DNA from: Gammaproteobacteria bacterium
GTDB taxonomy: Bacteria; Pseudomonadota; Gammaproteobacteria; Arenicellales; Poriferihabitantaceae
Reading direction: 5' to 3'
Assembly: GCA_009842505.1 (NCBI GenBank)
Contig: VYFG01000040.1
Coordinates: 19,380-83,379, forward strand
Length of the DNA stretch: 64,000 bases
Shown here: positions 20,165 through 29,216 of the stretch, one piece after another
Numbering within the stretch: the stretch's first letter is position 1
Layout of the letters: each line of letters starts with the position of its first letter
Position numbers and translations under genes: made by a program
Notes under the pieces: model-generated
The model's input: only the letters and a program-made list of their open reading frames with translations
Told to the model about the DNA's origin: nothing
Databases searched by the model: none

Positions 20165-21004
20165 TCAGGCATAGCGGTCGAGGACCGCGTGGACCCGGGG
20201 CAGCCACCCGCTGCCGAAGAGGTTGAGATGGTTGAGCAGGTGATAGAGATTGTAGAGTGGTGCCCGCTCATCGAATCCGGGCTCGAGGGGGCGGACCTCG
20301 TTGTAGGCGGCATAGAAGGGCGGGGCCATGGCGCCGAACAGGCGGGTCATCGCCAGGTCCGCCTCGCCCCAGCCGTGATGGGCCGCAGGGTCGATCAGGG
20401 TGGGACCGTGGGCGCTGAAATGGATGTTGCCGCTCCAGAGGTCTCCATGAATCAGCGATGGCGGCTGGATGGGAATCCACCGCCGCAGGTTGTCCGCCAG
20501 CCGCTCGAGGCGCCGGCGATCACGGGGAGGCAGCAGGCCGGCATCGTGGGCCAAGCGACCCTGGACGCCGAGTCTGCAGCGCGCGAAAAACACATGGCCG
20601 TCAGTGTGCCGGGTGTTGTCCTGGGGCGTCAGCCCGCAGTAGTTGTTCCGCGCAAACCCGAATCCCGCTACGGCGCGCGAATGCAACCCGGCCAGCTGCC
20701 TGCCAAGCTGCTCGGCGTCGTCCGGTCCATGCCCCGCAGGGGGCAGCCATTCCAGCAGGATGTGGGAAGCACCGCAATCGACCACCTCGGGTACCCGTAC
20801 CTCGCCGCCGGCGCCGAGGGCGTCGATTCCGTCCCGCTCTGCAAGGAAGAAGTCGGCCGGTGCGCCGGTGCGGGTTTTCAGGCACCAGCTGCGGCCGCCG
20901 CGTTCCAGGTGGTATACACGGCATATGCTGCCGCCGGGTATCGGTGTCAGTCGGTCAATGGTGCCGCCGAGGACGGCCTCGACGGCAACGGGAATCTCAT
21001 CCAT
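20165..21004 (-). CDS. fructosamine/ketosamine kinase family protein
   Basis: I place the start at ATG 21004 (MDEIPVAVEAVLGG...). It has ...GGSICRVYHL... and the catalytic LIHGDLWSGNI, then ...DPAAHHGWGEADLAM.. of the FN3K/aminoglycoside-phosphotransferase fold. Confidence 0.8.
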   Translation of the reverse strand: MDEIPVAVEAVLGGTIDRLTPIPGGSICRVYHLERGGRSWCLKTRTGAPADFFLAERDGIDALGAGGEVRVPEVVDCGASHILLEWLPPAGHGPDDAEQLGRQLAGLHSRAVAGFGFARNNYCGLTPQDNTRHTDGHVFFARCRLGVQGRLAHDAGLLPPRDRRRLERLADNLRRWIPIQPPSLIHGDLWSGNIHFSAHGPTLIDPAAHHGWGEADLAMTRLFGAMAPPFYAAYNEVRPLEPGFDERAPLYNLYHLLNHLNLFGSGWLPRVHAVLDRYA

Positions 21005-21152
21005 GCTTTTTCCCGGACAGAATCTGGAGAATCCTTGCCACAGTCGCGGCCGCCAGCACCAGCAGGCCGAAAGGGTAGACAAACCAGCCCGCGGCCCATG
21101 CACCGAGGGTGAGGACGAGCAGTAACAGGATCAATGCGAGGGGCCAGTCCAT
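20997..21152 (-). CDS. hypothetical 51-aa two-TM membrane peptide (below the ORF-track length cutoff)
   Basis: My own translation is MDWPLALILLLLVLTLGAWAAGWFVYPFGLLVLAAATVARILQILSGKKHG. Its stop overlaps the fructosamine-kinase start (CATGGATGA). Support is only the coupling and the hydrophobic pattern. Confidence 0.35.
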   Translation of the reverse strand: MDWPLALILLLLVLTLGAWAAGWFVYPFGLLVLAAATVARILQILSGKKHG

Positions 21153-21390
21153 GGGCGGATTCTAGCGCCCATGGACGGGGAGTACGTGGTTTGCAGGCGG
21201 CCCATTCGGGTGAATTCCCGGCAAGCGGACGCCGTTCTGGCCCGCCGAAATGCACCGATCTTGTGGATTTTCTATTCCGTCGCCCCCATCACTTGGGATG
21301 CGTTATGGCATAATACCGCGCCTGTTGCCGGAGCCCATCCGGTAAAGCATAAATTTTTCAATAATTAACCTGTATTTTCAGGGAAATATC

Positions 21391-21819
21391 ATGAACTTTT
21401 TTATCCAAGATGCATGGGCCCAGTCGGGTTCCGGCGGTACTGGCGGACTGATCGGTCTGTTGCCGCTCGTCCTCATGTTCGTCATCTTCTATTTCCTCCT
21501 CATCCGCCCGCAGCAGAAAAAGGCCAAGGAACACCGCAACATGGTAGCGGATCTGTCCAAGGGCGACGAGGTGGTGACCAATGGCGGCGTGTTGGGCCGG
21601 ATCACCGGTGTTGGGGAAAACTTTGTCACGGTGGAAGTGACGGACGGGGTGGAGTTGCGGGTGCAGCGGTTCGCCATCGCGCAGATGATGCCCCAGGGAA
21701 CCATCAAGTCGAACCGGGCCGACAAGCCCAAAAAGTCCGGCAAGTCCGGCAAGTCCGACAAGTCCGAGCAGGCGGAACAGTCCGACGGTTCGGAACTACC
21801 GGCGCAGTCAGATCAGTAA
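21391..21819 (+). CDS. yajC: preprotein translocase subunit YajC with a Lys/Ser-rich C-terminal extension
   Basis: ...LLPLVLMFVIFYFLLIRPQQKKAKEHRNMVADLSKGDEVVTNGGVLGRI... is the canonical YajC core. It is followed by secD-secF. Confidence 0.9.
   Translation: MNFFIQDAWAQSGSGGTGGLIGLLPLVLMFVIFYFLLIRPQQKKAKEHRNMVADLSKGDEVVTNGGVLGRITGVGENFVTVEVTDGVELRVQRFAIAQMMPQGTIKSNRADKPKKSGKSGKSDKSEQAEQSDGSELPAQSDQ
21733..21768 (+). repeat. 4 x 9-nt in-frame tandem repeat (AAGTCCGGC/AAGTCCGGC/AAGTCCGAC/AAGTCCGAG) in the yajC tail
   Basis: Read directly. It encodes KSG-KSG-KSD-KSE. Confidence 0.8.
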
Positions 21820-21882
21820 TCCCGTGCCGCCGTTTCACGGCCCGGTCGGGAACAAACGGGAATATACCGAATCCGAATACCC

Positions 21883-23766
21883 ATGCTGAATAAGACACCC
21901 TGGTGGAAATACATTGTGGTTGCGCTGGTGATGGTGTGCGGGATGTATTACGCACTGCCGAACATTTTCGGCAACGATCCCGGTATGACCATCCGTGGTG
22001 CGCGCGGACTGTCGCTGGACCAGGGGGCTCTGGAAAGGGTGCAGGGCATTCTCAATGCCGCCGCGATCAGGCCCCTGTCACTGATACAGGATGACCGCGG
22101 CATCCGGGTCCGATTTGCCAGCAGTGAGGACCAGCTCGGCGCCCGGGACGCCATGGCGCAAAATCTCGGAGACCAGTACAGCTCGGCACTGACCCTGGTG
22201 TCCGGCGCGCCGGACTGGCTGTTGAATTCCGGGGCGCATCCGATGTACCTCGGTCTCGACCTGCGCGGCGGCGTCCATTTCCTTCTCGAAGTGGACATGG
22301 AAACCGCCATCGACAATGCCCGGGAGCGGTACGAGGATGATATTCGCCTGGTTCTCAGGGAGGGCAAGCTGCGCTATCGCGGGCTGCGCATTGCCGGGGA
22401 CGGCGCGGTAGAGGTCACCATGCGCAACCCCGAACAGCGCGACGAAGCCGTCAGGCTGGTGGAAAGGGAGCTGGGGGAACTGGACCTGGAGATGGACGAG
22501 GTCCGGCCAGATGTGTTCCGCGCCGACCTCAGCCAGACCCAGATCGACGAGATCCGCAGGTTTTCCCTGGAACAGAACATGACTGCCCTGCGCAATCGCA
22601 TCGACCAGCTCGGGGTCGCGGAACCGGTCGTGCAGCAACAGGGCGACAACCGGATCGTGATTCAGCTGCCCGGCGTGCAGGACACCGAACGCGCCAAGCG
22701 GATACTCGGCAGGGCGGCCACCCTGGAAATGCGGATGGTGGACGAGAAAAACACCGCGGAAGCCGAGCGGAGCGGGCAGTCTCCGGCAGGCGCGCGTTTG
22801 TACAGGTTCCGTGACGGCCGGCGTATCCTGCTCAAGCGAAGCATCATCTATTCCGGCGACAATATCGTCGATGCCGCAGCGAGCATCGAATCCCAGACCG
22901 GATCTCCCATCGTCAGCATCACCCTGGATGCCGAGGGGGCGCGCAAGAACAGCCGCATCACCGCGGACAACATCGGCAACCGCATGGCGGTGGTCTACGT
23001 GGAAAACACCTCGGAGACAGAGAAGGATGCCGAGGGCAACGTGGTTCTGGACGACAGCGGCGTGCCGAAGCGGGTGAGCCGCAAGCTCGAGGAGGTGATC
23101 ACCGCACCAGTGATCCGTGACCAGCTCGGCAAACGCTTCCAGATCGAGGGCATCGACAGCGTGGATGAGGCACGGGACCTGGCGTTGATGCTGCGTTCCG
23201 GTTCCCTCGCGGCGCCGGTGGAGATTATCGAGGAGCGTACCGTGGGCCCGAGCCTTGGCAAGGCCAATATCGACCAGGGGTTCATGTCCGTGGTGGTGGG
23301 ATTCGCCGTGGTGCTGGTTTTCATGCTGGTCTATTACCGCCTGTTCGGCCTGGCGGCGAACATCGCGCTGACCACGAACCTTGTGCTCATGGTTGCAGTG
23401 CTGTCCTTCTTCCAGGCAACGCTGACGTTGCCGGGAGTTGCCGGCATCGTGCTAACGGTGGGTATGGCGGTGGACGCCAACGTGCTCATATTCGAGCGTA
23501 TCCGGGAGGAACTGCGTAACGGCAATTCGCCCCAGGCCAGTATCCACCTTGGCTATGACAAGGCCCTGTCCACCATCGTGGACGCCAACGTGACCACGCT
23601 CATCGCCGCCGTGGTGCTGTTCAATTTCGGCACCGGGCCCATCAAGGGTTTTGCGGTGACGCTGAGCATCGGCATCCTGACCTCCATGTTTACCGCCATC
23701 CTGCTGACGCGGGTGCTGGTGAACTGGTATTACGGGGGCAGGAATGTTCGGCAGTTGCTGATTTAG
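21883..23766 (+). CDS. secD: protein translocase subunit SecD
   Basis: 627-aa ORF with an N-terminal TM, a large periplasmic domain and C-terminal six-TM bundle motifs (...GIVLTVGMAVDANVLIFERIREE...). Confidence 0.95.
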   Translation: MLNKTPWWKYIVVALVMVCGMYYALPNIFGNDPGMTIRGARGLSLDQGALERVQGILNAAAIRPLSLIQDDRGIRVRFASSEDQLGARDAMAQNLGDQYSSALTLVSGAPDWLLNSGAHPMYLGLDLRGGVHFLLEVDMETAIDNARERYEDDIRLVLREGKLRYRGLRIAGDGAVEVTMRNPEQRDEAVRLVERELGELDLEMDEVRPDVFRADLSQTQIDEIRRFSLEQNMTALRNRIDQLGVAEPVVQQQGDNRIVIQLPGVQDTERAKRILGRAATLEMRMVDEKNTAEAERSGQSPAGARLYRFRDGRRILLKRSIIYSGDNIVDAAASIESQTGSPIVSITLDAEGARKNSRITADNIGNRMAVVYVENTSETEKDAEGNVVLDDSGVPKRVSRKLEEVITAPVIRDQLGKRFQIEGIDSVDEARDLALMLRSGSLAAPVEIIEERTVGPSLGKANIDQGFMSVVVGFAVVLVFMLVYYRLFGLAANIALTTNLVLMVAVLSFFQATLTLPGVAGIVLTVGMAVDANVLIFERIREELRNGNSPQASIHLGYDKALSTIVDANVTTLIAAVVLFNFGTGPIKGFAVTLSIGILTSMFTAILLTRVLVNWYYGGRNVRQLLI

Positions 23767-23787
23767 CGGTCCGGCAGGAGACGTCAC

Positions 23788-24804
23788 ATGAAATTTCAGC
23801 TCGTCAGAAATACCAGTATCGATTTCCTCGGCAGGCGCCGGTCGGCCATGTTCGTGTCCGTGATTGTCCTGGTGGTGAGCATCGGCTCCATTGCGGTCCG
23901 CGGCCTGAATTTCGGCATCGATTTCACCGGCGGCACCCTGGTGGAGGTGGGCTACAGCGATGCGGTGGAAATCCAGGGTGTACGTTCGGCGCTGGCCGAG
24001 GGGGGCTTCGCTGATGCCGTCGTCCAGCACTTCGGCACCTCCCGGGACGTACTGATCCGCCTCCCGGTAACCGCGGAGCGGGAGGAGATCAAGGCGGCGG
24101 AGCTGAGTTCTGCGGTGATGCAGTCCCTGCGAAGTCCCACCGGGGAGGTATTGGCCGAACAGGCCGGGACCGGGAACCAGCTTTGCAACCGCAGCGGCGT
24201 GGTGCAGGACTGTGCCGTGCAGATGCGCAGGGTGGAGTTCGTCGGCCCCCAGGTCGGGGATGAACTTAAGGAAAAGGGCGGCCTTGCCATGCTGTATGCC
24301 CTGATCGGCATCCTGATCTATGTCACCTTCCGTTTCGAATGGCGTTTTGCCGTGGGCTCGGTGGTGGCGCTGGTGCATGATGTGCTGATCACGGTCGGGA
24401 TGTTTTCGCTGTTCCAGCTGGATTTTTCCCTGGCGGTGCTGGCGGCCGTGCTGGCAGTCATCGGCTACTCTCTCAATGACACCATCGTCGTGTTCGACCG
24501 GGTGCGGGAGAATTTCCGCAAGTTGCGCAAGTCCCAGCCGATCGCGGTGATGAACCAGTCCGTCAACGAAACTCTTCCACGCACGCTGCTGACCTCGTTG
24601 ACCACGCTGTTCGTGGTGCTGTCGCTGCTGTTTCTCGGCGGGGAGGTGATCCATGGATTCGCCCTGGCGCTGCTGGTGGGCGTTCTGGTGGGCACCTATT
24701 CATCCATCTTCGTTGCAAGCCCCACGGTGCTGTCGCTTGGCATCAGCCGGGAAGACCTCATGCCGGTGGTCAAGGAAGGCGCGGAGGCGGATACCAGTCC
24801 TTGA
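23788..24804 (+). CDS. secF: protein translocase subunit SecF
   Basis: 338-aa ORF with ...GLNFGIDFTGGT... and ...IGYSLNDTIVVFDRVRENF... motifs. It follows secD. Confidence 0.95.
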   Translation: MKFQLVRNTSIDFLGRRRSAMFVSVIVLVVSIGSIAVRGLNFGIDFTGGTLVEVGYSDAVEIQGVRSALAEGGFADAVVQHFGTSRDVLIRLPVTAEREEIKAAELSSAVMQSLRSPTGEVLAEQAGTGNQLCNRSGVVQDCAVQMRRVEFVGPQVGDELKEKGGLAMLYALIGILIYVTFRFEWRFAVGSVVALVHDVLITVGMFSLFQLDFSLAVLAAVLAVIGYSLNDTIVVFDRVRENFRKLRKSQPIAVMNQSVNETLPRTLLTSLTTLFVVLSLLFLGGEVIHGFALALLVGVLVGTYSSIFVASPTVLSLGISREDLMPVVKEGAEADTSP

Positions 24805-24819
24805 CATCCCCCGATCCGG

Positions 24820-25326
24820 ATGATGCGCTGTCCCTACTGCACCGCCACCGATACCAGGGTCGTCGATTCCCGGCTCGGAGACAACGGCGATGCCGTGCGC
24901 AGGCGCCGGGAATGCCAGCAGTGCGGAGAGCGGTTTTCCACCCTGGAGCAGCCGGTGCTGCAACTGCCCCGGGTCATCAAGTCCGACGGACGCCGGGAAC
25001 GCTTCGACGAGGAGAAGCTCCGGAGGGGCGTCGACCGCGCACTGGAAAAGCGGCCCGTGGACAGCGGGATCGTGGCCGCGGCCCTGAATCGTCTGATGCG
25101 GAAATTCGCCCACGGCGGCGAACGTGAAGTCCTGGCCAAGCAGATCGGCCGGGAAGTCATGGAGGAACTGCGGGAACTGGATGAGGTCGCTTACGTCAGG
25201 TTCGCGTCGGTCTACCGCAATTTCCAGGACCTCGAAGCCTTCAGTGACGAGGTGGAGCGGCTCAAGGAAACCCTGAGCGACAACAACAAGGTGCAGTTGT
25301 CCTTGTTCGTCAACTCCCGGGACTGA
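24820..25326 (+). CDS. nrdR: transcriptional repressor NrdR
   Basis: It has the zinc ribbon MRCPYC...C..CG.RF followed by an ATP-cone (...[19 protein letters not shown]...). The start is the tandem ATG-ATG at 24820/24823. Confidence 0.9.
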   Translation: MMRCPYCTATDTRVVDSRLGDNGDAVRRRRECQQCGERFSTLEQPVLQLPRVIKSDGRRERFDEEKLRRGVDRALEKRPVDSGIVAAALNRLMRKFAHGGEREVLAKQIGREVMEELRELDEVAYVRFASVYRNFQDLEAFSDEVERLKETLSDNNKVQLSLFVNSRD

Positions 25327-25344
25327 CCCGGACGGAAGCAGTCC

Positions 25345-26532
25345 ATGGCCATTTTTCCAGGTATCCGGGAATTCAGGGAATCCATCGGCGCCCAGCCCGA
25401 AGGCCGCCAGGAGATTCCCGCAACCTACGACCATCCCCCGGGGGATGATCACCGGTTCATGGCACGGGCGCTCGAGTTGGCCACAAAAGGGACCTGCACG
25501 ACGCATCCCAACCCGCGGGTGGGCTGCGTGATCACCCGAAATGGCGTGGTGGTGGGTGAGGGATGGCACCGGTTCGCCGGAGAACCCCATGCGGAGATCC
25601 ACGCGCTGCGTCAGGCGGGCAGGCATGCCAAGGGCGCAACGCTGTATGTGAACCTGGAACCCTGTTGCGTTCACGGCCGCACCCCTCCATGCACGGATGC
25701 CATCATCAAGGCGGGAATCAGCCGGGTCGTCTGTGCCATGGAGGATCCGAATCCGCAGGTGAACGGCGTCGGCATCGCAGCCCTTCGCCAGGCCGGCATT
25801 AGTGTGGATGTGGGCACCAACCAGCAACATGCGCTCCGGCTGAATCGCGGTTTTGTCCGCCGGATGACCCGGGGCGTGCCCTGGATCACGCTGAAGATCG
25901 CCGCGAGCCTCGATGGCAAGACAGCCATGGTCAGCGGGGAAAGCCAGTGGATCACATCGGAAGCCGCGCGCCGGGATGCCCACCGTTTGCGGGCGGCCAG
26001 CGCGGCCGTCGTCACAGGCATCGGTACCGTCCTGAGAGACAATCCCAGGATGACCGCCCGCCTCCCCGGAATCCGGCGCCAGCCCCTACGGGTGATTCTT
26101 GACAGCCGCCTGAGCACATCCGTAGACGCTGCGATCCTGGCGGAACCGGGCAATGTGCTGATCATGACGGATCCGGAAATCGTGGCGGACGCGGACCGGT
26201 ACCCGCAGAAGAACGTGGAAGTGGTTGGTTGTGCCATGCAGGGGGGCGGCATCGATCCACAGGAGGTGCTCGCGGAATTGGGGCGGCGCGAGGTCAACGA
26301 GGTGATGCTGGAAGCGGGCTCGAGGCTGAGCGGCGCCATGCTGGCCAGGGGGCTGGTGGATGAACTGGTCGTCTACATGGCGCCGGACCTGCTTGGTGGC
26401 GATGCCCATGACATGTTCCTGATCCCCGGAATCGAAGCCCTGGCGGACCGAAGACGTCTGTCGTTCCGCGACATCCGCACGGTCGGGCGGGACCTGCGCC
26501 TGACCTTGGACATCGAGCCCGGGAAAGGCTGA
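25345..26532 (+). CDS. ribD: bifunctional riboflavin biosynthesis protein RibD (pyrimidine deaminase/uracil reductase)
   Basis: It has the deaminase motifs HAEIHAL and LEPCCVHGRTPPC plus a C-terminal reductase domain. There is an unusually long (about 38 aa) N-terminal leader before the conserved FM.RAL.LA, so the true start is uncertain. Confidence 0.9.
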   Translation: MAIFPGIREFRESIGAQPEGRQEIPATYDHPPGDDHRFMARALELATKGTCTTHPNPRVGCVITRNGVVVGEGWHRFAGEPHAEIHALRQAGRHAKGATLYVNLEPCCVHGRTPPCTDAIIKAGISRVVCAMEDPNPQVNGVGIAALRQAGISVDVGTNQQHALRLNRGFVRRMTRGVPWITLKIAASLDGKTAMVSGESQWITSEAARRDAHRLRAASAAVVTGIGTVLRDNPRMTARLPGIRRQPLRVILDSRLSTSVDAAILAEPGNVLIMTDPEIVADADRYPQKNVEVVGCAMQGGGIDPQEVLAELGRREVNEVMLEAGSRLSGAMLARGLVDELVVYMAPDLLGGDAHDMFLIPGIEALADRRRLSFRDIRTVGRDLRLTLDIEPGKG

Positions 26533-26536
26533 CGGC

Positions 26537-27160
26537 ATGTTTACCGGAATCATCGAAGCGAGGGGGAGAATTTCCGGCATCGAGCCGGTACCGGACGGCC
26601 TGACGCTGTTTGTGGATCTCGGGACCCTCGAGTCGGAGACCATCCGCGCCGGTGACAGCATCGCGGTGAATGGCGTATGCCTCACCGTGACACGCCTTGA
26701 CGGCGGCATTGGCCGCTTCGATGTTTCCAGGGAAACCATGGACAGGTGCCTGGTGGGCGAGTGGAAAGTCGGCGACGGAATGAATCTGGAATCCGCGCTC
26801 ACCCTCGCGAAGCCTCTCGGCGGTCACCTGGTATCGGGGCATGTGGACGGCACCGGCGTGTTGGATTCCGTTGTGACCGGGGAGGAATCCACCTGGATGC
26901 GAATTCGGGTGCCCCGGAACCTGGGACGTTACGTGGCGATCAAGGGTTCCGTGGCGGTGAATGGAGTCAGCCTGACCTCCAACCGGGTGACAGATGATGG
27001 TGAAGAGACACTGTTCGAGCTGACCCTGGTCCCCCATACCCTGTCGATGACGACCCTGGGAGGGCTTGCGGCAGGGGACGGGGTGCATATCGAGGTGGAC
27101 ATCCTGGCGAGATATCTGCAGCGTCTGCTGCAGTCCGAACGGCAGTACGAGGAAAACTGA
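26537..27160 (+). CDS. ribE: riboflavin synthase (alpha chain)
   Basis: MFTGIIE...GDSIAVNGVCLTV is repeated in the second half (...GSVAVNGVSLT), which is the diagnostic internal duplication. The symbol follows B. subtilis nomenclature (ribC in E. coli). Confidence 0.9.
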   Translation: MFTGIIEARGRISGIEPVPDGLTLFVDLGTLESETIRAGDSIAVNGVCLTVTRLDGGIGRFDVSRETMDRCLVGEWKVGDGMNLESALTLAKPLGGHLVSGHVDGTGVLDSVVTGEESTWMRIRVPRNLGRYVAIKGSVAVNGVSLTSNRVTDDGEETLFELTLVPHTLSMTTLGGLAAGDGVHIEVDILARYLQRLLQSERQYEEN

Positions 27161-27163
27161 ACA

Positions 27164-28333
27164 ATGGAGACGATCAAGGTCGACCACATCGAAGACGTGC
27201 TCACCGACTATCGCCAGGGAAAGATGGTGATCCTGGTGGACGAGGCGGACAGGGAGAACGAAGGCGACCTCCTGATGGCGGCGGAGTGTGTCACGGCGGA
27301 CCACGTCAATTTCATGGCCTCCCATGCGAGGGGACTGATCTGCCTGACGCTCACTGAGGAACGCTGCCGGCAACTGGACCTGGAATTGATGGTCAGCCGC
27401 AACAATGCCCGGTTTTCAACGAACTTCACGGTTTCCATAGAGGCGGCGGAAGGCGTCACCACCGGCATTTCCGCCCAGGACAGGGCGATTACGGTGCGTG
27501 CCGCGGTCAAGCGGAACGCGCGACCGGAGGACCTGGTGACGCCCGGACATATCTTTCCCATCAAGGCGCAGCCCGGCGGGGTGCTCACGCGCGCGGGCCA
27601 TACCGAGGCCGGGGTGGACCTGGCGCGCCTGTGCGGCTTCGAACCCGCCAGCGTGATCTGTGAAATCCTGCGGGATGACGGCACCATGGCACGGCTGCCG
27701 GACCTGGTTGCCTTCGCCCGCCAGCACGATCTTCGGATCGGAACCATCGCTGATCTCATCAAATTCCGTCTCCGGAACGACCCCACCCTGGTGCGTGTCG
27801 AATCCCATTCACTGGACCTGGAGCAGGGCGGGTTCGAAGCCATGGTCTACCATGACGTCGCCGAGGGAGGCACCCATCTTGCCCTGACCCATGGGGATAT
27901 CGATCCGGAAAGACCGGTCCCGGTAAGGATCCAGGTCCATCGGGGGTTGCTGGACACGATCCTGGAGGCCGGTGCGCCGGAAAGCTGGAGCATTCGTTCC
28001 GCGCTGGAGGCCATCGTGGAGCATGGTGCCGGGGTCCTGATCCTGCTGGCGTATTACGAAAGCGCGGATGAGCTGTCGTCGCGCATTCATGTGCGCACGA
28101 ATCGGGAGCGGCAGGGCACGCCCCGGCATGCCACCGATGATCACCGGCGCCATCCGGGAGACCTGCGAATGGTGGGCGCCGGCAGCCAGATTCTCGCGGA
28201 TCTCGGTCTGCACAAGGTGCTGTCCCTCGGCAGGGAATGGCGTACATTCGGCCTGTCTGGCTTCGGCCTTGAGGTTGTAGAATACCTACCCGACCGTGAG
28301 GCCCTCGATTCCTGGAAACAGTCCAATGCGTGA
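27164..28333 (+). CDS. ribBA: 3,4-dihydroxy-2-butanone-4-phosphate synthase fused to a GTP cyclohydrolase II-like domain (RibBA/RibBX type)
   Basis: It has the N-terminal DHBP synthase motifs (VDEADRENEGDL, ...RAGHTEA). The C-terminal domain aligns to GCH II but lacks the Cys-rich zinc motif (RIQVHRGLLDTI instead of RVHSEC..GD...C.CG), so its cyclohydrolase activity is doubtful. Confidence 0.85.
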   Translation: METIKVDHIEDVLTDYRQGKMVILVDEADRENEGDLLMAAECVTADHVNFMASHARGLICLTLTEERCRQLDLELMVSRNNARFSTNFTVSIEAAEGVTTGISAQDRAITVRAAVKRNARPEDLVTPGHIFPIKAQPGGVLTRAGHTEAGVDLARLCGFEPASVICEILRDDGTMARLPDLVAFARQHDLRIGTIADLIKFRLRNDPTLVRVESHSLDLEQGGFEAMVYHDVAEGGTHLALTHGDIDPERPVPVRIQVHRGLLDTILEAGAPESWSIRSALEAIVEHGAGVLILLAYYESADELSSRIHVRTNRERQGTPRHATDDHRRHPGDLRMVGAGSQILADLGLHKVLSLGREWRTFGLSGFGLEVVEYLPDREALDSWKQSNA

Positions 28334-28793
28334 ATTCAGCGGAGATTTCGTTCAGTGCACGGGCCGCTACGCCATCGTGGCCGGCCGGTTCAATGCGTTC
28401 ATCACCGAACGGCTTGTGGCGGGTGCGCGGGATGCCTTTGTACGCCATGGCATCGGCAAGGATGATATCGACCTGATCTGGGTGCCCGGCGCGTTTGAAA
28501 TTCCGTTTGCCGTGCGCAGAGTCGTGGACAGCGGCAGGTACCAGGCCGCAGTGGCATTGGGTGCTGTGATCCGGGGCGCAACGCCGCATTTCGATTATGT
28601 CGCCGGAGCTTGTGTCGACGGACTTGCCCGCATCAACGCCGAAGGCGGAATCCCGGTAGTGCTCGGTGTCCTCACCACAGACACCATCGAGCAGGCAGTG
28701 GAAAGGGCGGGCACCAAGTCCGGCAACAAGGGTGCTGAGGCTGCGCTGACCGCCATGGAAATGGCAAGCCTGGCATCCAGCCTAGGGGATTGA
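28326..28793 (+). CDS. ribH: 6,7-dimethyl-8-ribityllumazine synthase
   Basis: I place the start at ATG 28326 (MREFSGDF...), overlapping the ribBA stop. It has ...IVAGRFNAFITERL...VPGAFEIP...GAVIRGATPHFDYV... Confidence 0.9.
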   Translation: MREFSGDFVQCTGRYAIVAGRFNAFITERLVAGARDAFVRHGIGKDDIDLIWVPGAFEIPFAVRRVVDSGRYQAAVALGAVIRGATPHFDYVAGACVDGLARINAEGGIPVVLGVLTTDTIEQAVERAGTKSGNKGAEAALTAMEMASLASSLGD

Positions 28794-28805
28794 GGCCGGA
28801 CCGTC

Positions 28806-29216
28806 TTGGCGAGGAGCGGTCGACACCTGGCGCGGCGATGCGTGGTCCAGGCCCTGTATCAATGGCAAATCACGGGACAGGCGCCGGACCAGATCATGAG
28901 GACCTTCATTGACAATGACAATCTGACCGGAAAGCACAGGGACTTCTTCCAGGTGCTGATGGATGCGATACCGATGCACATTGACCAGATCGATACCCTG
29001 ATCGAACCCCACCTCGACCGTGGGGGAGACCGGGTGGACCCGGTTGAGCAGGCCATCCTGCGTCTCGGCACCTATGAATTGCGATTCGACCAGTCGGTAC
29101 CCACCAGCGTGGTGATCGACGAGGCGATCGATCTTGCAAAGACCTTCGGTTCCGAACATGGCTACCGCTATGTCAACGGAGTGCTGGACAAGGTGGCAAA
29201 GGCCGTCCGTGAATAG
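28806..29216 (+). CDS. nusB: transcription antitermination factor NusB
   Basis: 136-aa ORF with a TTG start. It has ...RRCVVQALYQW... and ...VINEAI.LAK.FG-type motifs (VVIDEAIDLAKTFG), in the canonical position after ribH. Confidence 0.9.
   Translation: MARSGRHLARRCVVQALYQWQITGQAPDQIMRTFIDNDNLTGKHRDFFQVLMDAIPMHIDQIDTLIEPHLDRGGDRVDPVEQAILRLGTYELRFDQSVPTSVVIDEAIDLAKTFGSEHGYRYVNGVLDKVAKAVRE

Noticed and set aside
24805-25344. FMN riboswitch for the riboflavin operon
   Set aside because: The gaps before nrdR (15 nt) and ribD (18 nt) are too short to hold an RFN element, and none is visible elsewhere in the cluster.
23452-25983. Two long minus-strand ORFs (400 aa and 427 aa)
   Set aside because: They are antisense to secD/secF, nrdR and ribD, all of which have clear signatures on the plus strand.
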